Shown piece by piece: positions 10,136 to 20,624 of a stretch of 64,000 nucleotides of DNA. A program made the translations under genes and the position numbers. How positions within the stretch are numbered: position 1 is the first letter of the stretch; each line of letters begins with the position of its first letter. This DNA comes from a virus. Where the stretch lies: positions 1 through 64,000 of IMG/VR virus record IMGVR_UViG_3300037804_000367; one strand, 5' to 3'. The notes beneath the pieces are model-generated. The model did not search any database. It saw only the letters and a program-made list of their open reading frames with translations, and had not been told where the DNA came from.

Positions 10136-10942
10136 ATGAAATGGTATATGTGTTTAGTACTTTGTATTTCTCTAACAGGATGTAATACAATAAAAGGATG
10201 GTTCGGGAGTAATGATCCTCATGTTCCAGTCAAGACAGAGTTCTCTGTTGATGTTACCGATACAAAAGAACTTGTAAAGGACTCAGCAGCTGCTATTGAA
10301 AAGTCAGCAGACGCAATTGAAAACGTAACAAATAGAATTGTTCCTGAAAATATTGAACCTTCAAAGAAGCTCATCAAAGCTGAGACTACCAAATTAAAAA
10401 CCGTCACGGGTGATTTGGCTAAAGTACATAGTGATCTAAAAGTAATTGAGGACGAGGAGAAAGAAGTTATAACATCAGCCACTACCTTGAAAAATCAATT
10501 AGAGGCTTCTACTAAAGAGATTGAAGAGTATAAAAACGGTGCTAAGAAAAAACAACAAACTATTTGGATGTCTATTATGGCCGCATGTGGTATTGGATTT
10601 CTTGTGGGAGTGTTCATGGCAGTGTCTGGCAATACTAAAATAGGTACATCGATTGCAATAACTAGTTTAGTTGTTTCAGCAGTAGCTTATTTCATGGCAG
10701 CTTATGCTTGGATAGTAGCTCTGTGCGGAGGAGTTTTGTTTATCATTGCATTTGGATTCGTAATCCAATACATGTACCGATACAAGAAAGCTGTTATAGA
10801 AACTGCTACCTCATTAGAAGTAGTCAAATCTTCTGATAAAATTCTGTGGGATACCAATAGAGAATTGGTTCAAAAGATCCAATCACCTCATACTTCTAAA
10901 ATCATTAAAGATATAAAGACTACTCATATCAACAATAAATAA
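10136..10942 (+). CDS. Lipoprotein with coiled coil and C-terminal transmembrane helices (candidate u-spanin)
   Basis: Lipobox LTGC at residue 16, hydrophobic helices at about aa 142-212, late promoter at 10102. Confidence 0.6.
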   Translation: MKWYMCLVLCISLTGCNTIKGWFGSNDPHVPVKTEFSVDVTDTKELVKDSAAAIEKSADAIENVTNRIVPENIEPSKKLIKAETTKLKTVTGDLAKVHSDLKVIEDEEKEVITSATTLKNQLEASTKEIEEYKNGAKKKQQTIWMSIMAACGIGFLVGVFMAVSGNTKIGTSIAITSLVVSAVAYFMAAYAWIVALCGGVLFIIAFGFVIQYMYRYKKAVIETATSLEVVKSSDKILWDTNRELVQKIQSPHTSKIIKDIKTTHINNK

Positions 10943-10949
10943 TTTAAAC

Positions 10950-10986
10950 AAAAAGAGAGATGGAAAAAATCCATCTCTCTTTTTTT
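10950..10986. terminator. Bidirectional intrinsic terminator
   Basis: AAAAAGAGAGATGGA..TCCATCTCTCTTTTTT. Confidence 0.85.
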
Positions 10987-11120
10987 AATTACATTTCAAA
11001 CAAGTGAAAGTAGTTTTACCTTTTACGTATGACACATACAAACTTTCTCTTCTTCTTCCAGTATCAAACCCATCTGCCCTTATCCAACCTTGAACGTTGC
11101 ATTTGTTACAGTTTTGATAA

Positions 11121-11759
11121 TTAAAATTCGGGCTTGAAGCTTCCTCCAAGTCCTGAGTGCAATTCGTTTCTTTTTGTGAAGGTATCGACTCTGAATTGTT
11201 CAAAGTCTTCTTTTTCTTCTTCTTTGTTGCCATTCCAAAGTTCCTTTGTTAAATGTTTTAAAATATTTACAGATACATTTCTGTCTCCATCTATTTCAAT
11301 ATAAGGAATATTGATATCATCTAAAAGATCTTTTAGTTGTTTTGATATGTGATTACTTTGTTGTTCTGTTTGTAATCTACCTTTTGCCTTATAAGGCTTT
11401 GTCCTATTAATAAAAAAGTTCAAGTTGTTATAACTATTAAACAACGACAAAGCTAACTCATTGAAGCAACTCACTGTGTCAGTAGGTTTATATAACATAC
11501 CTAACAACAAAGGACTGTCAGTGATAATAAAATCAACTTTGCCTTTTAGTATTTGAAGTTCATGGTTTTGCTTTGCTGTTATGTACAGTTGATCGTTCAA
11601 TGTTTCTGAACGATTGTTCCATACACATTTCTTTGCATATTCACAAACAACTTCAACATCAACATCTTCCATCTTTAAAAGACTGAACAATCCTGATGCA
11701 GCAGTTGATTTACCTGCACCAGGAGCTCCAAACATATTAATAACTTTTGTATCTTTCAA
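11121..11759 (-). CDS. P-loop kinase/ATPase (NadR/AAA_28-like)
   Basis: INMFGAPGAGKST Walker A, ITDSPLL. Confidence 0.75.
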   Translation of the reverse strand: MKDTKVINMFGAPGAGKSTAASGLFSLLKMEDVDVEVVCEYAKKCVWNNRSETLNDQLYITAKQNHELQILKGKVDFIITDSPLLLGMLYKPTDTVSCFNELALSLFNSYNNLNFFINRTKPYKAKGRLQTEQQSNHISKQLKDLLDDINIPYIEIDGDRNVSVNILKHLTKELWNGNKEEEKEDFEQFRVDTFTKRNELHSGLGGSFKPEF

Positions 11760-11770
11760 GTTTACAATCC

Positions 11771-13198
11771 TTATTTTTTATATCCTAGTGCTTCAAAGTC
11801 TCGAACAAAATAATTATAAACTTGTTCTTTCATCTTTGAATTTAATTGTTGTGGTTTAAAATAATGAGTCGAAATGTCAAAGGTTGGAAGCTCAGTAGGA
11901 ACTTTATTACTCACTGATTTATTATCATTACCATTAGTGATAAAGTTCTTCCAATCAGTATCTAATGATTCATATTTTAATAGTACATCAATATCATTTA
12001 GATCTTTTATAAAGTCCATCTGTTTCCAAAATTGACCACTTACTATTCTACCTTGTTCAAGTAGATCGCAAATTTCCTGAAGCGTCTTTCCTTTAAGTAA
12101 GTGATGATCAGGGTGAGGAGATGCTCTGTTATAAAATATACTTTCTTCCATTAATGTAACATTGACTAAAGAAATAAATCTATCATATGGATTTCTAACA
12201 ACAGTCACAACAGTACGAGGTTTAAACATATCATCTTTAAGATCTAAGATTTTTATTCCGAAGTCGAAAGGTAAACTCAATGCGTTTACTAATCGAGATG
12301 TCCCTGTTCGAGGTACTGGAACAACATGTATATCATATTGCGATATCTCTTCAAGTTCTTTCAAAGCTGATTGTTCTAATTTAACTAATGAAGTTGCAGT
12401 GAAGGACTCATGACCCATAAACTCTTTCTTGACTCCTACCGTATCTAAGTTTAGCTCGTTCCAACCAATAAAATAGTTACGTAGTCTTTCTTCAAGTATG
12501 TTTGGATATGGAATACCTTTATCTCTAACGAACCTGTGAACCCAAATCAATTCAGGTAAGCAATAAATCTTTCTATTATTCTGTCTGTACTTTTCGTGAA
12601 TGTAATATTCTTCACCACCAAACCCAATAAAGTTCTGACTAAATCCTAACCATGTACTTCTCTTTGCTCCAAAGAGACCCATACCGTGACCAGGAATTTC
12701 AAATTTCTCTTTAGGGAGGTCTTCAAATTTTACTTGATCTCCCCATCTTCCAAACATAAAACCGCCCCATTCAGGAACCATCTTACAAGTAGCAGACACT
12801 CTATCATCAGTAGCCATCGGACCATGAATCAAAGCATCGCAATTAGGATTGTCTTCAAAGTGCTTAACAAAAGAATCAAATGCTCCTTCTTCAAGAAGTA
12901 CATGACAATCTAAACATAGAACATAATCTCCACTCGCTCTTTCAAATACAACGTTTCTGATCGCAGTACTTCTTCGATACGTATATGGAATGTAAGTGAC
13001 CTTGATAGCTTGTCTGAGGGTCCTGGAATAGTCTTTAACACATTGTCCTGATGCACTGTTTGGATTATTATCAACTAAGATAAGTTCGACATCATCTCTA
13101 CCTTTTAGTTGGTGCATCAGAAGAGATTGTACTGTAAAGAATACTCCTTCCCAGTCATCATAAACAGCCATACCGATTGTGTATTTAATTTTACTCAT
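11771..13198 (-). CDS. GT2-like glycosyltransferase fused to a C-terminal sulfotransferase domain (likely start 13198)
   Basis: ELILVDNN, LCLDCH (DxH), GFGGEE. C-terminal HVVPVPRTGTS, TVVRNPYDRF.S, LLKYESL. Confidence 0.75.
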   Translation of the reverse strand: MSKIKYTIGMAVYDDWEGVFFTVQSLLMHQLKGRDDVELILVDNNPNSASGQCVKDYSRTLRQAIKVTYIPYTYRRSTAIRNVVFERASGDYVLCLDCHVLLEEGAFDSFVKHFEDNPNCDALIHGPMATDDRVSATCKMVPEWGGFMFGRWGDQVKFEDLPKEKFEIPGHGMGLFGAKRSTWLGFSQNFIGFGGEEYYIHEKYRQNNRKIYCLPELIWVHRFVRDKGIPYPNILEERLRNYFIGWNELNLDTVGVKKEFMGHESFTATSLVKLEQSALKELEEISQYDIHVVPVPRTGTSRLVNALSLPFDFGIKILDLKDDMFKPRTVVTVVRNPYDRFISLVNVTLMEESIFYNRASPHPDHHLLKGKTLQEICDLLEQGRIVSGQFWKQMDFIKDLNDIDVLLKYESLDTDWKNFITNGNDNKSVSNKVPTELPTFDISTHYFKPQQLNSKMKEQVYNYFVRDFEALGYKK

Positions 13199-13487
13199 CA
13201 CATCCTCCAAATACTTTGTTCTCATTAATTGTGTTGATAATAACATCCATTGATAATGTTTTTAAAGATACTGTATTTCCATTTGGGATCTGAAACATGA
13301 ACTTAAACTCATCAGATGACTTCTTGTAACAAGTACAAGCAATGTTTGATTTGTTCGGATCTATAATAATGGACCAGTATCTCGAATCATTATCAGAGAA
13401 TTTATCAATAATTATTCTTGATTTAATTTTACTATCTAGTAAACGTTTACGAAAATAGCTAAGTGTATAAAGTTTATTTGTTGACAT
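13191..13487 (-). CDS. Hypothetical protein
   Basis: Coupled ORF between the clamp-like gene and the GT. Confidence 0.65.
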   Translation of the reverse strand: MSTNKLYTLSYFRKRLLDSKIKSRIIIDKFSDNDSRYWSIIIDPNKSNIACTCYKKSSDEFKFMFQIPNGNTVSLKTLSMDVIINTINENKVFGGCDE

Positions 13488-13492
13488 AATGA

Positions 13493-14251
13493 TTATCCTT
13501 TTGAAGTTCTTACTAATAGTTTCATGTCAATGTAAAAACTTTCTCCGAGTTTCTTTGTGGCATCAACAACTACAAATTTATATTCAGGTACTACTGATAT
13601 TTTTAACTTATCAGTTTTGAGAGTAGTAATAGTTAGAGCATTTGCAAATACTAGTGTTTGAGGATTTACAAGTGTCCCACTCTCGATCTTATCTGATATA
13701 GGAAGTGATATACTATCTGAAAATTTATTCATTCTGTCACCCATCTCACCAACGATTTCATTCTTTCGTTGATAGATATAAATCTTAACTTGATCAGGTT
13801 TGTCAGCAACAACTGAACAAGAAGATAAGAACTGACGAAATTGTTTATAGTCACATTCAAAAACACTTTCAGGTTTCAATTCTGTTTTAAGAGCTTTGGA
13901 TACAAACATTTCTATTTGATCTTCCTTAACTGTTTTAAATCTGAACGAACCTTTTCCATTGTAAGATATGAAACCTTTATCATATTTCAATGTTATGATT
14001 TCATCACCACCTACTTTATTAATAAGTTCGATAGCTCTTTGAAATTTATTGATTTCTTTTAGACAAAAAGAGTGTTCGCCTTTCTCTGACACACATGAGT
14101 TTGTGGTGAAGAAGGCTCTTACCATTTGTCCTTCTCGTAACACATACGCAAATGTTTTATCTTCATCAACGACAAATTTTGCATCTGGAACTATCTGAAC
14201 AACTGAAGTAAGAAATTCACAAAACATTTCCACGTTTTCTATTTTAATCAT
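13493..14251 (-). CDS. Probable DNA sliding clamp (gp45/PCNA-like)
   Basis: 252 aa with a two-domain alpha/beta pattern, next to SSB and helicase. Assignment is mostly from size and context. Confidence 0.5.
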   Translation of the reverse strand: MIKIENVEMFCEFLTSVVQIVPDAKFVVDEDKTFAYVLREGQMVRAFFTTNSCVSEKGEHSFCLKEINKFQRAIELINKVGGDEIITLKYDKGFISYNGKGSFRFKTVKEDQIEMFVSKALKTELKPESVFECDYKQFRQFLSSCSVVADKPDQVKIYIYQRKNEIVGEMGDRMNKFSDSISLPISDKIESGTLVNPQTLVFANALTITTLKTDKLKISVVPEYKFVVVDATKKLGESFYIDMKLLVRTSKG

Positions 14252-14325
14252 ACAATGACTTATCCTATTAATATTATTGACTACGATATATTATCATACT
14301 GAGATGTAAATTTTAAAATTGAAAC

Positions 14326-14358
14326 AAAAAAAAGCCGTCCAAAAAATGAACGGCTTTT
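14326..14358 (-). terminator. Intrinsic terminator after ssb
   Basis: AAAAGCCGT..ACGGCTTTT hairpin with A-tract on the plus strand. Confidence 0.8.
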
Positions 14359-14376
14359 GATAATTACTTAGCTATG

Positions 14377-15393
14377 TTAGGCTATGTCAGCTGACACGCT
14401 GTCTACAAGAGCACTGATTGAATCGATATCAAACTCATCGTCTTCATCAGCAACCGGAGCAGGTTCTTTCTTTGCTGTAGATTTTGCTTTTGTTTTAGTT
14501 GCCTTTACTGGCTTAACTTCTTTAACTTCAGCCTTTGGAGCATCTTCAATAGTTTCAACTTCTTCAACAGAAGATGATGCAGAAGGTTCAGTGTATGATT
14601 CATTAAGCATGTGAAGTCTGTAGAACTCATCAATATCATCATAAGTTGAAAGAGTACAAAGTTCTTTATCGAACTCACAAGCTTTAATCTGCTCAGATAG
14701 TTCAGCCATGTCAACATTAATTGACGACTTACCACGAGAGAATGAAGTTGTATAGTTATTAAAAGTTCCTGCAGAAGAAACGTTTTCAGTAACATTTAGA
14801 ATAAGATCGAACCCTTCTTCCGGATCAAAAGCATCACCAAAGTATGGATCATCAGCTGGAGCAGCTTCACCTTTCTTAATGATACCAAAAATCTCACGAG
14901 AGAGAAAGTCTTGGATCTTCTTACCATATCTCATGATACGAACTTGACCATTATTAGATTCGTTGTATCCATCAGCTACAACATACACTAATGCAAACCC
15001 AGAGAACTGACGCTTGAACGTATCGAACAATGCACGAGTAGTGGCTGACTTATTCTTTTCCCATTTCTTATAGTTTGCAGAATTTGCAGTACATATTGGG
15101 CATTTTTTAAATCCACCTGGCTCACCATCAAAATACTCAGACGTAGGACAAACGACATGATGATTTTGTTCATCAGCATCTTTGAACTTATGAACATAAC
15201 GATTGATAAATGGAGAGTTTATCTTTTCACGAGCAGAGCCTGTTGGATCTGAGTAGATGAGACGGAAGCGATATGAGTTACCAGGTTTAAACTGAATAAA
15301 GTTTTCGTTTGGTTTATATGCTTCTGTGGAGTTTGAGGCTTTGTTATCGAGCTGTTGCTTGTAAGCCTTGAGTTTGTCTAGATTACCTAACAT
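14377..15393 (-). CDS. Single-stranded DNA-binding protein, T4 gp32-like
   Basis: RFRLI...PF...H.FK...CPT......CPIC, YG.KI, FD..EGFDL, Y..S.F and an acidic C-terminal tail. Confidence 0.88.
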   Translation of the reverse strand: MLGNLDKLKAYKQQLDNKASNSTEAYKPNENFIQFKPGNSYRFRLIYSDPTGSAREKINSPFINRYVHKFKDADEQNHHVVCPTSEYFDGEPGGFKKCPICTANSANYKKWEKNKSATTRALFDTFKRQFSGFALVYVVADGYNESNNGQVRIMRYGKKIQDFLSREIFGIIKKGEAAPADDPYFGDAFDPEEGFDLILNVTENVSSAGTFNNYTTSFSRGKSSINVDMAELSEQIKACEFDKELCTLSTYDDIDEFYRLHMLNESYTEPSASSSVEEVETIEDAPKAEVKEVKPVKATKTKAKSTAKKEPAPVADEDDEFDIDSISALVDSVSADIA

Positions 15394-15519
15394 GTTATTT
15401 CCTTTTTATTTTTACAGTTAATTGTTACTTTTTATTTTCGCATTAACTTTTGGGTTTTTAATTTAATTTGTGAGAAAAATCATCTTTTTAACACATAGTT
15501 ATTTATACTTTTTTCACGA

Positions 15520-16197
15520 CTAAAGCTCCTTAGTTGCACTTTTTTTAGTTAAAATTATTTTGTCAACTGTCTGTTGAAAGTTGTCAGCAATGTTTGCAAT
15601 TCTTGGTATCATTATTGAATTATGTCTAAACTTTTTAAGGTCATCTTTAAGTGTCGGACACACATCAGCAACTAAGTCAGGCGGGTAAGAAATAGCTAAC
15701 AAATATTTAAATCCAGGTAACAGAGAAAGAAACTCTCCACAAATTGAACCAGCTTGTAAGTGCCTCAGTGCAATAGGAAATTGTAAGTCTTTTGAAAGAT
15801 ACTCTCCAACGTTTGCTACATTATTTTCTAAACAATACTTAACTACAAACCCCATTGATTTTAATATGGCAGATTCAATATCAGCTTTTGATCTATTATG
15901 TTTTTTACTGTCAGTATACAGCTTATATATTTTAATAGCTTTCTGTGATCCTAATATTTTTGGATCAACATATCCACGATCGTAATGTTCAAACACAGCA
16001 TCCAAAAATATCTCAGGATTTATAGCACCATTGTTTTGTTGAACTATCTTTGCAAACAATTCAAAGTAGGGCCAGCTTGGTTTCTCTTTTGCATTGTCAA
16101 AGTTTTCCATCTTACGCACGTGCTTGATATTCTTTGTATAGAAGAGAAGTTTCTTTCTATACAATTCATAAGCTTGATATTCATCGAAAGTTTTCAT
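15520..16197 (-). CDS. Hypothetical replication protein (gp59 helicase-loader-like by size and position)
   Basis: 225 aa, lies between helicase and SSB. No firm motif. Confidence 0.35.
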   Translation of the reverse strand: MKTFDEYQAYELYRKKLLFYTKNIKHVRKMENFDNAKEKPSWPYFELFAKIVQQNNGAINPEIFLDAVFEHYDRGYVDPKILGSQKAIKIYKLYTDSKKHNRSKADIESAILKSMGFVVKYCLENNVANVGEYLSKDLQFPIALRHLQAGSICGEFLSLLPGFKYLLAISYPPDLVADVCPTLKDDLKKFRHNSIMIPRIANIADNFQQTVDKIILTKKSATKEL

Positions 16198-16214
16198 AAT
16201 ATCTTATTTGAATA

Positions 16215-16490
16215 TTAAACTAAGTGTTTCTTTAATCTATTGAGAAATCTTTTATTGTTGAATAGATCAGGAAATATATTTGCAAGTACAAGGAGACCAT
16301 ATTCTAAATCAAAGTAGAGTGTTTCTTCTATGACTTTTAGAATTTCTTCTTTTGATCTAAACGTTTTCTTTATTTTAAGTTCAATGAGATCAATAGCATC
16401 CTCTTTATAATATTGACGAAGTAATGGGAGAGCTTGCTTAGCATCAATAGGAATGTGCACTTTTCTAGTTTCAAATCGTGAAGTTGACAT
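16215..16490 (-). CDS. Hypothetical protein
   Basis: ORF with RBS in the replication cluster. Confidence 0.6.
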   Translation of the reverse strand: MSTSRFETRKVHIPIDAKQALPLLRQYYKEDAIDLIELKIKKTFRSKEEILKVIEETLYFDLEYGLLVLANIFPDLFNNKRFLNRLKKHLV

Positions 16491-16543
16491 AGGTACCTTT
16501 ATTGTTTAGTTATAAATTATTATCTAGTTAATCAATGTAAATG

Positions 16544-17968
16544 TTATATGTCATTGAGATTATTTAGTACTTCATCAGCAACTGAACCCGTTTCATCATC
16601 AAATGTGAGAGGAGTTACGCTTCTGTTTGCAGGATCATTCCAATCAATCATACGTAAGGAAACATCCTCATAATCTATATGCCACTCAATAATTGATCCT
16701 AGTTGTCCACCAAGTCTGTTTTTGAGCACAACCATATTGATTTTATTTGCTTCTCGATCTCCCTCAGCTTGGAACATTGCTCCAATAAAATCTGCATGGT
16801 GATTGATTGCTTTTGATTCTGACATGTTCGACATTGAAATGTTTGTTGCATCATACCCATCACCGTTGATCTGTTGTGGAGCAACAAAAGGTACTTTAAA
16901 ATGATAACTTAATGCTCTAAGTTCTTTTGCAATGTTACCTACTCGCACGTACATCATTTCATCTTTATTACTTGAATTGGATTTCATAAGACTAATATAA
17001 TCTACCATTACTACGTCTGGCTTCATGTCAAACAATTCGAGACGTTCTATGTATAATTTAAGTTGGTTACAGTTCAAACTATCAGGAGGAAATTCTTTTA
17101 TTATCAGTTTTGATTCAGCTTTTTCATTCTTAAAATCATAAACCTTTTCTTTAACACTAGTGATGTTATGAGATAACATATTTATATTTTCACCAGATAT
17201 GTGCGAATCAATTCTCATTGCATAAATGTCTTCGCTCATTTCCAACGAAACAATCAAAACAGTTTTATTATCTTCTAAAAGATTCACAGAAAGATTGGAT
17301 ACGAAAAGAGATTTTCCTAATCCAGCTTGAGCAATAGGAACAATCAAACACTTACCATCAGCAATCAATCCTCCATAAGTTACGTCATCAAAACCTTTCC
17401 ACCCAGTTGCTATTTTTCCTTCTGGGTTTGTAAGATACTCTTCGTGCTCTTCCCAGTCTTCAAAGTAATCCATACCAACATCTTGGTTCAATGAAAGACC
17501 ATCTACACGTTGAAACGTTTCTAAACATTTACTAACATCATGATCATTTGTTATTGAATCAAAATTATCTGTTATTGAAAACAATAAACATTTATTTTTT
17601 ACATATGTTATTACATTCTCTTCAATAAAATCATCTTTGAACACTGTCATGTCTTGTTCGACAGCAGATGTTAGAGTTCTTTTTAGATCACCAGGAGTAA
17701 CTTTTTCTGCATTGACTTGTTCATATTTTTCAAGTAGTAAATTAAGAACCTTCTCTTTTGGACATTCACCGTACTTGTTATAGTAATTAAATATAAAGTC
17801 GGTGCAAACCTTAATACTTTTATTCTCAAGCCAACGTCCATCGTAAAATGGTTCGAGAATAGTAATGTACTTACTCCTCTCCATCATAAGTCTGTTGAGT
17901 AGAATGTATTCCATTCTGTCATCAGTCAAAATCATGTTGTGGCTTTCATCGGGTTTGGGTTGATTCAT
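16544..17968 (-). CDS. Replicative DNA helicase (DnaB/T4 gp41-like)
   Basis: AQAGLGKS Walker A, VSLEMSE, VMVDYI Walker B, QIN..G, KNRLG. Confidence 0.93.
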   Translation of the reverse strand: MNQPKPDESHNMILTDDRMEYILLNRLMMERSKYITILEPFYDGRWLENKSIKVCTDFIFNYYNKYGECPKEKVLNLLLEKYEQVNAEKVTPGDLKRTLTSAVEQDMTVFKDDFIEENVITYVKNKCLLFSITDNFDSITNDHDVSKCLETFQRVDGLSLNQDVGMDYFEDWEEHEEYLTNPEGKIATGWKGFDDVTYGGLIADGKCLIVPIAQAGLGKSLFVSNLSVNLLEDNKTVLIVSLEMSEDIYAMRIDSHISGENINMLSHNITSVKEKVYDFKNEKAESKLIIKEFPPDSLNCNQLKLYIERLELFDMKPDVVMVDYISLMKSNSSNKDEMMYVRVGNIAKELRALSYHFKVPFVAPQQINGDGYDATNISMSNMSESKAINHHADFIGAMFQAEGDREANKINMVVLKNRLGGQLGSIIEWHIDYEDVSLRMIDWNDPANRSVTPLTFDDETGSVADEVLNNLNDI

Positions 17969-18011
17969 AAAAATTATTGTCTTTATTTAATTTATTATTT
18001 GATATATTATC

Positions 18012-18045
18012 AGAAGACTGTGACGTTTTTTCATCACAGTCTTCT
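18012..18045. terminator. Hairpin between divergent helicase and HEG genes
   Basis: AGAAGACTGTGA..TCACAGTCTTCT 12-bp stem. Confidence 0.55.
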
Positions 18046-18133
18046 AACTAAATAAATATTATTAGGGTAACCAAGTGGGGTAACCTTTATAAATAACTAT
18101 ATCATATAATCAACAATAAATGGAGAAATTTAA

Positions 18134-18862
18134 GTGGGGAAGAAAATAACAACAATTGATTTTGTAAATGAGGCAATAAAAGTACATGGCGAAACATACT
18201 CGTATGAGCGATCAGTATATATTAAAGCTAAAGAAAAGCTTTGTATTGTATGCAATGTCCATGGTGAGTTTTATCAATCTCCAAACAAACACATTGGGTC
18301 AAAAACTGGTTGTCCAAAATGCTCTGGTAAAGCAACCAAAACTACAACCGGTGTAATTGAAGAGGCAAGACAAGTTCATAACGACAAGTATGATTATAGT
18401 CTACTTGAGTATAAAAACACGTACTCTCCTCTTCATATCATTTGTAACACTCATGGTGATTTTAGAATGCATTATAGGAGTCATGTTGCGTTAAAGAGAG
18501 GGTGTCCTAGATGTAGGACAAAACAATCCAAAGGAGAGAGCGTAGTAGATAAAGTATTGACAAAGTTAGGAATTTCATTTATCAGGGAAAAAAGATTTAC
18601 AGACTGTAAAGCATCTTACCCATTGCCTTTTGATTTTTTTCTCCCTGCATACAATACATGCGTGGAGTATGATGGTATTCAACATTTTGAAGTGATCAAT
18701 TATTTTGGAGGCAAGGTTGGGTTTGAAGATAGACAACAACGAGACATGATAAAGACTGATTATTGTAAATTAAATAAAATACAATTAATTAGAATACCAT
18801 ACACTGAAATTGAAAACGTGCATGGTATTCTAAAACGATCATTACAGATCGATGAAGTTTAA
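18134..18862 (+). mobile_element. Homing endonuclease, paralog of 3958-4881
   Basis: Two H...YDYS..C..HG.F..CP.C modules, SKGE, LPFDFFLP...VEYDG.QHF. Antisense, with its own TATAAATA. Confidence 0.8.
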
Positions 18863-19651
18863 GGTAGTGTCAATATTCTGTCTTGGATATCCCAATGGCG
18901 TACGTACAAACCTTCTATCTAAAATCATTTCATCGACACGTGAGTGGCTATGACCATGTATCCAAACTTCAAATTCATATTCAAACAAATCCTCTAAGTG
19001 AGATGCGTATGCAGAATTTACAGCAGCATCAGAATAAGTTGGATCTATAAGTTTATAACTTGGCAAGTGATGTGATATAACAATCTTCTTTCCAGGTTTT
19101 TTTAACTCTTGTTCGATAAACGAGCGACTTCTTTTGTGTTGATGATCACTATCTACAGCTGTAAAGTTTCTGATATAAACATAATCATTCATACTAGATT
19201 GAATTTCATAATGCTCAAGAGGACTAATATGTGACCAAAGACACGAACATATAAAAGATACTCCTTGAATTTCAAGAGTAGTGTCATTTACATACCAATG
19301 CTGTCCAGGTTTGATTTCTTCTTTAAAAGATTCAAAGTATGGTCTATGTCTGTTGTTATTCTTATTGAGTGTCCAGTAGTTATGGTTGCCAGGAATTTCA
19401 ATGATGTATTTATATTGAGTGTATAAATATTCAAATACCTTTTGTATTTTTGGTCTAAATGTATGCTCACAAGTATCACCAGCAATTACCAACACGTCTG
19501 CGTTGGTAGTATTGTCAAGCTTACCTTGAAGAACATCTATGAAGTTATCATGGAAATCTAAATGCATATCCGATATCCACGACACCCTAAGTTTTGTATC
19601 TTGATTGGTTACAGTAAAGTCCGAACCGTTTTTTGTAATTGTATTATTCAT
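18842..19651 (-). CDS. Calcineurin-like metallophosphoesterase
   Basis: SDMHLD, IAGD, PGNHN, SHHLP, HGHSH. Confidence 0.9.
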   Translation of the reverse strand: MNNTITKNGSDFTVTNQDTKLRVSWISDMHLDFHDNFIDVLQGKLDNTTNADVLVIAGDTCEHTFRPKIQKVFEYLYTQYKYIIEIPGNHNYWTLNKNNNRHRPYFESFKEEIKPGQHWYVNDTTLEIQGVSFICSCLWSHISPLEHYEIQSSMNDYVYIRNFTAVDSDHQHKRSRSFIEQELKKPGKKIVISHHLPSYKLIDPTYSDAAVNSAYASHLEDLFEYEFEVWIHGHSHSRVDEMILDRRFVRTPLGYPRQNIDTTLNFIDL

Positions 19652-19683
19652 TTACTCTCTCGCTCTTAAAATAGTATCGTAAC

Positions 19684-20353
19684 TTATTTATCATCAGGTT
19701 GGGAAGGTACAAATAAAATAGTTGGATTGTTTTTCTGAATATCAAATCCCCAACCATCATCTTCAGCTGCTAAGTCAGCAGTTGCCCTTCCCCATGTATG
19801 TTGATTAAAAGGTTTAGTAATAACATGTTTACCGTTTTTAGTTTTCACTATGCCGATAATTTTATTAACATTTATTGGTTCGCAAATATTTAAAATTCGT
19901 TCGAGGTTTTGCATATTGTTATCAAGCCAATCATGATCATCAATGTCGAGTATCCAAGTCTTATTATTAGTTGGACTATTAACTCTTCCCGAAGCTCTGT
20001 TAAATAACTTATGACTACGATACTGGTCGCTTGCTATGTTGACTGCGAGTTGCTGTAACATGTCAAGAGAAGACCGTTTAAAACTCTTTGTGTTAAGATT
20101 TAAGTACGCTCTAGCATTTGTAGCTTTACAAATTGCAACAATATCATTCTTCATCTTCATTAGCTGTTCATTACTCTTAATGTAATAAGTGCACATGAGA
20201 ATGTTATTAGATTTCATTTCAGGATTCTCTTTCTTCCTTTTTAAAATTTGTAGATGATAATAATCATCATCAGAATTAAAAGTGAGATAAGAATTTATTT
20301 GATCGAAATTATCTATGTCCATTTTATTTCTCCCAAAGAGTTTTGAATGTATT
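19684..20353 (-). CDS. Conserved-looking phage hypothetical protein (likely start MDIDNF)
   Basis: YHLQILKRKKEN, ARAYLNLN, WILDID, KTKNG.H.IT.PFN motifs (primase-polymerase-like pattern). Start estimated. Confidence 0.6.
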
Positions 20354-20563
20354 GGTTTGTTCCTTGACCCCTTCCATCGAATGAGGCCAACCGGACTCTG
20401 CATTCTTGATAACAAGTTCGAGGTAGTTAATGATCATGGCATGTGCATTAGGATTGATATCAGCATTGAGAAAGGTATCACGATACTGCTTGAGTTCGGT
20501 TACGTTCTTTGTGATGATCTTACGATCAGTTGTCTTGAGTGCTTCTGCTTCTTTGAGTGTCAT
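20324..20563 (-). CDS. Small hypothetical early protein
   Basis: Directly follows the early promoter at 20589-20616, AAGGA RBS. Confidence 0.6.
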   Translation of the reverse strand: MTLKEAEALKTTDRKIITKNVTELKQYRDTFLNADINPNAHAMIINYLELVIKNAESGWPHSMEGVKEQTNTFKTLWEK

Positions 20564-20624
20564 AGTAGTGTTCCTTTTTACCTATACTACTATACACTCT
20601 TAAACAGATAAGTCAACGACAAAG

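Noticed and set aside
16215-16490. LKKHLV C-terminus as a member of the tagged set
   Set aside because: It lacks the conserved Met and lies in the replication cluster, so it may be chance. Not counted.
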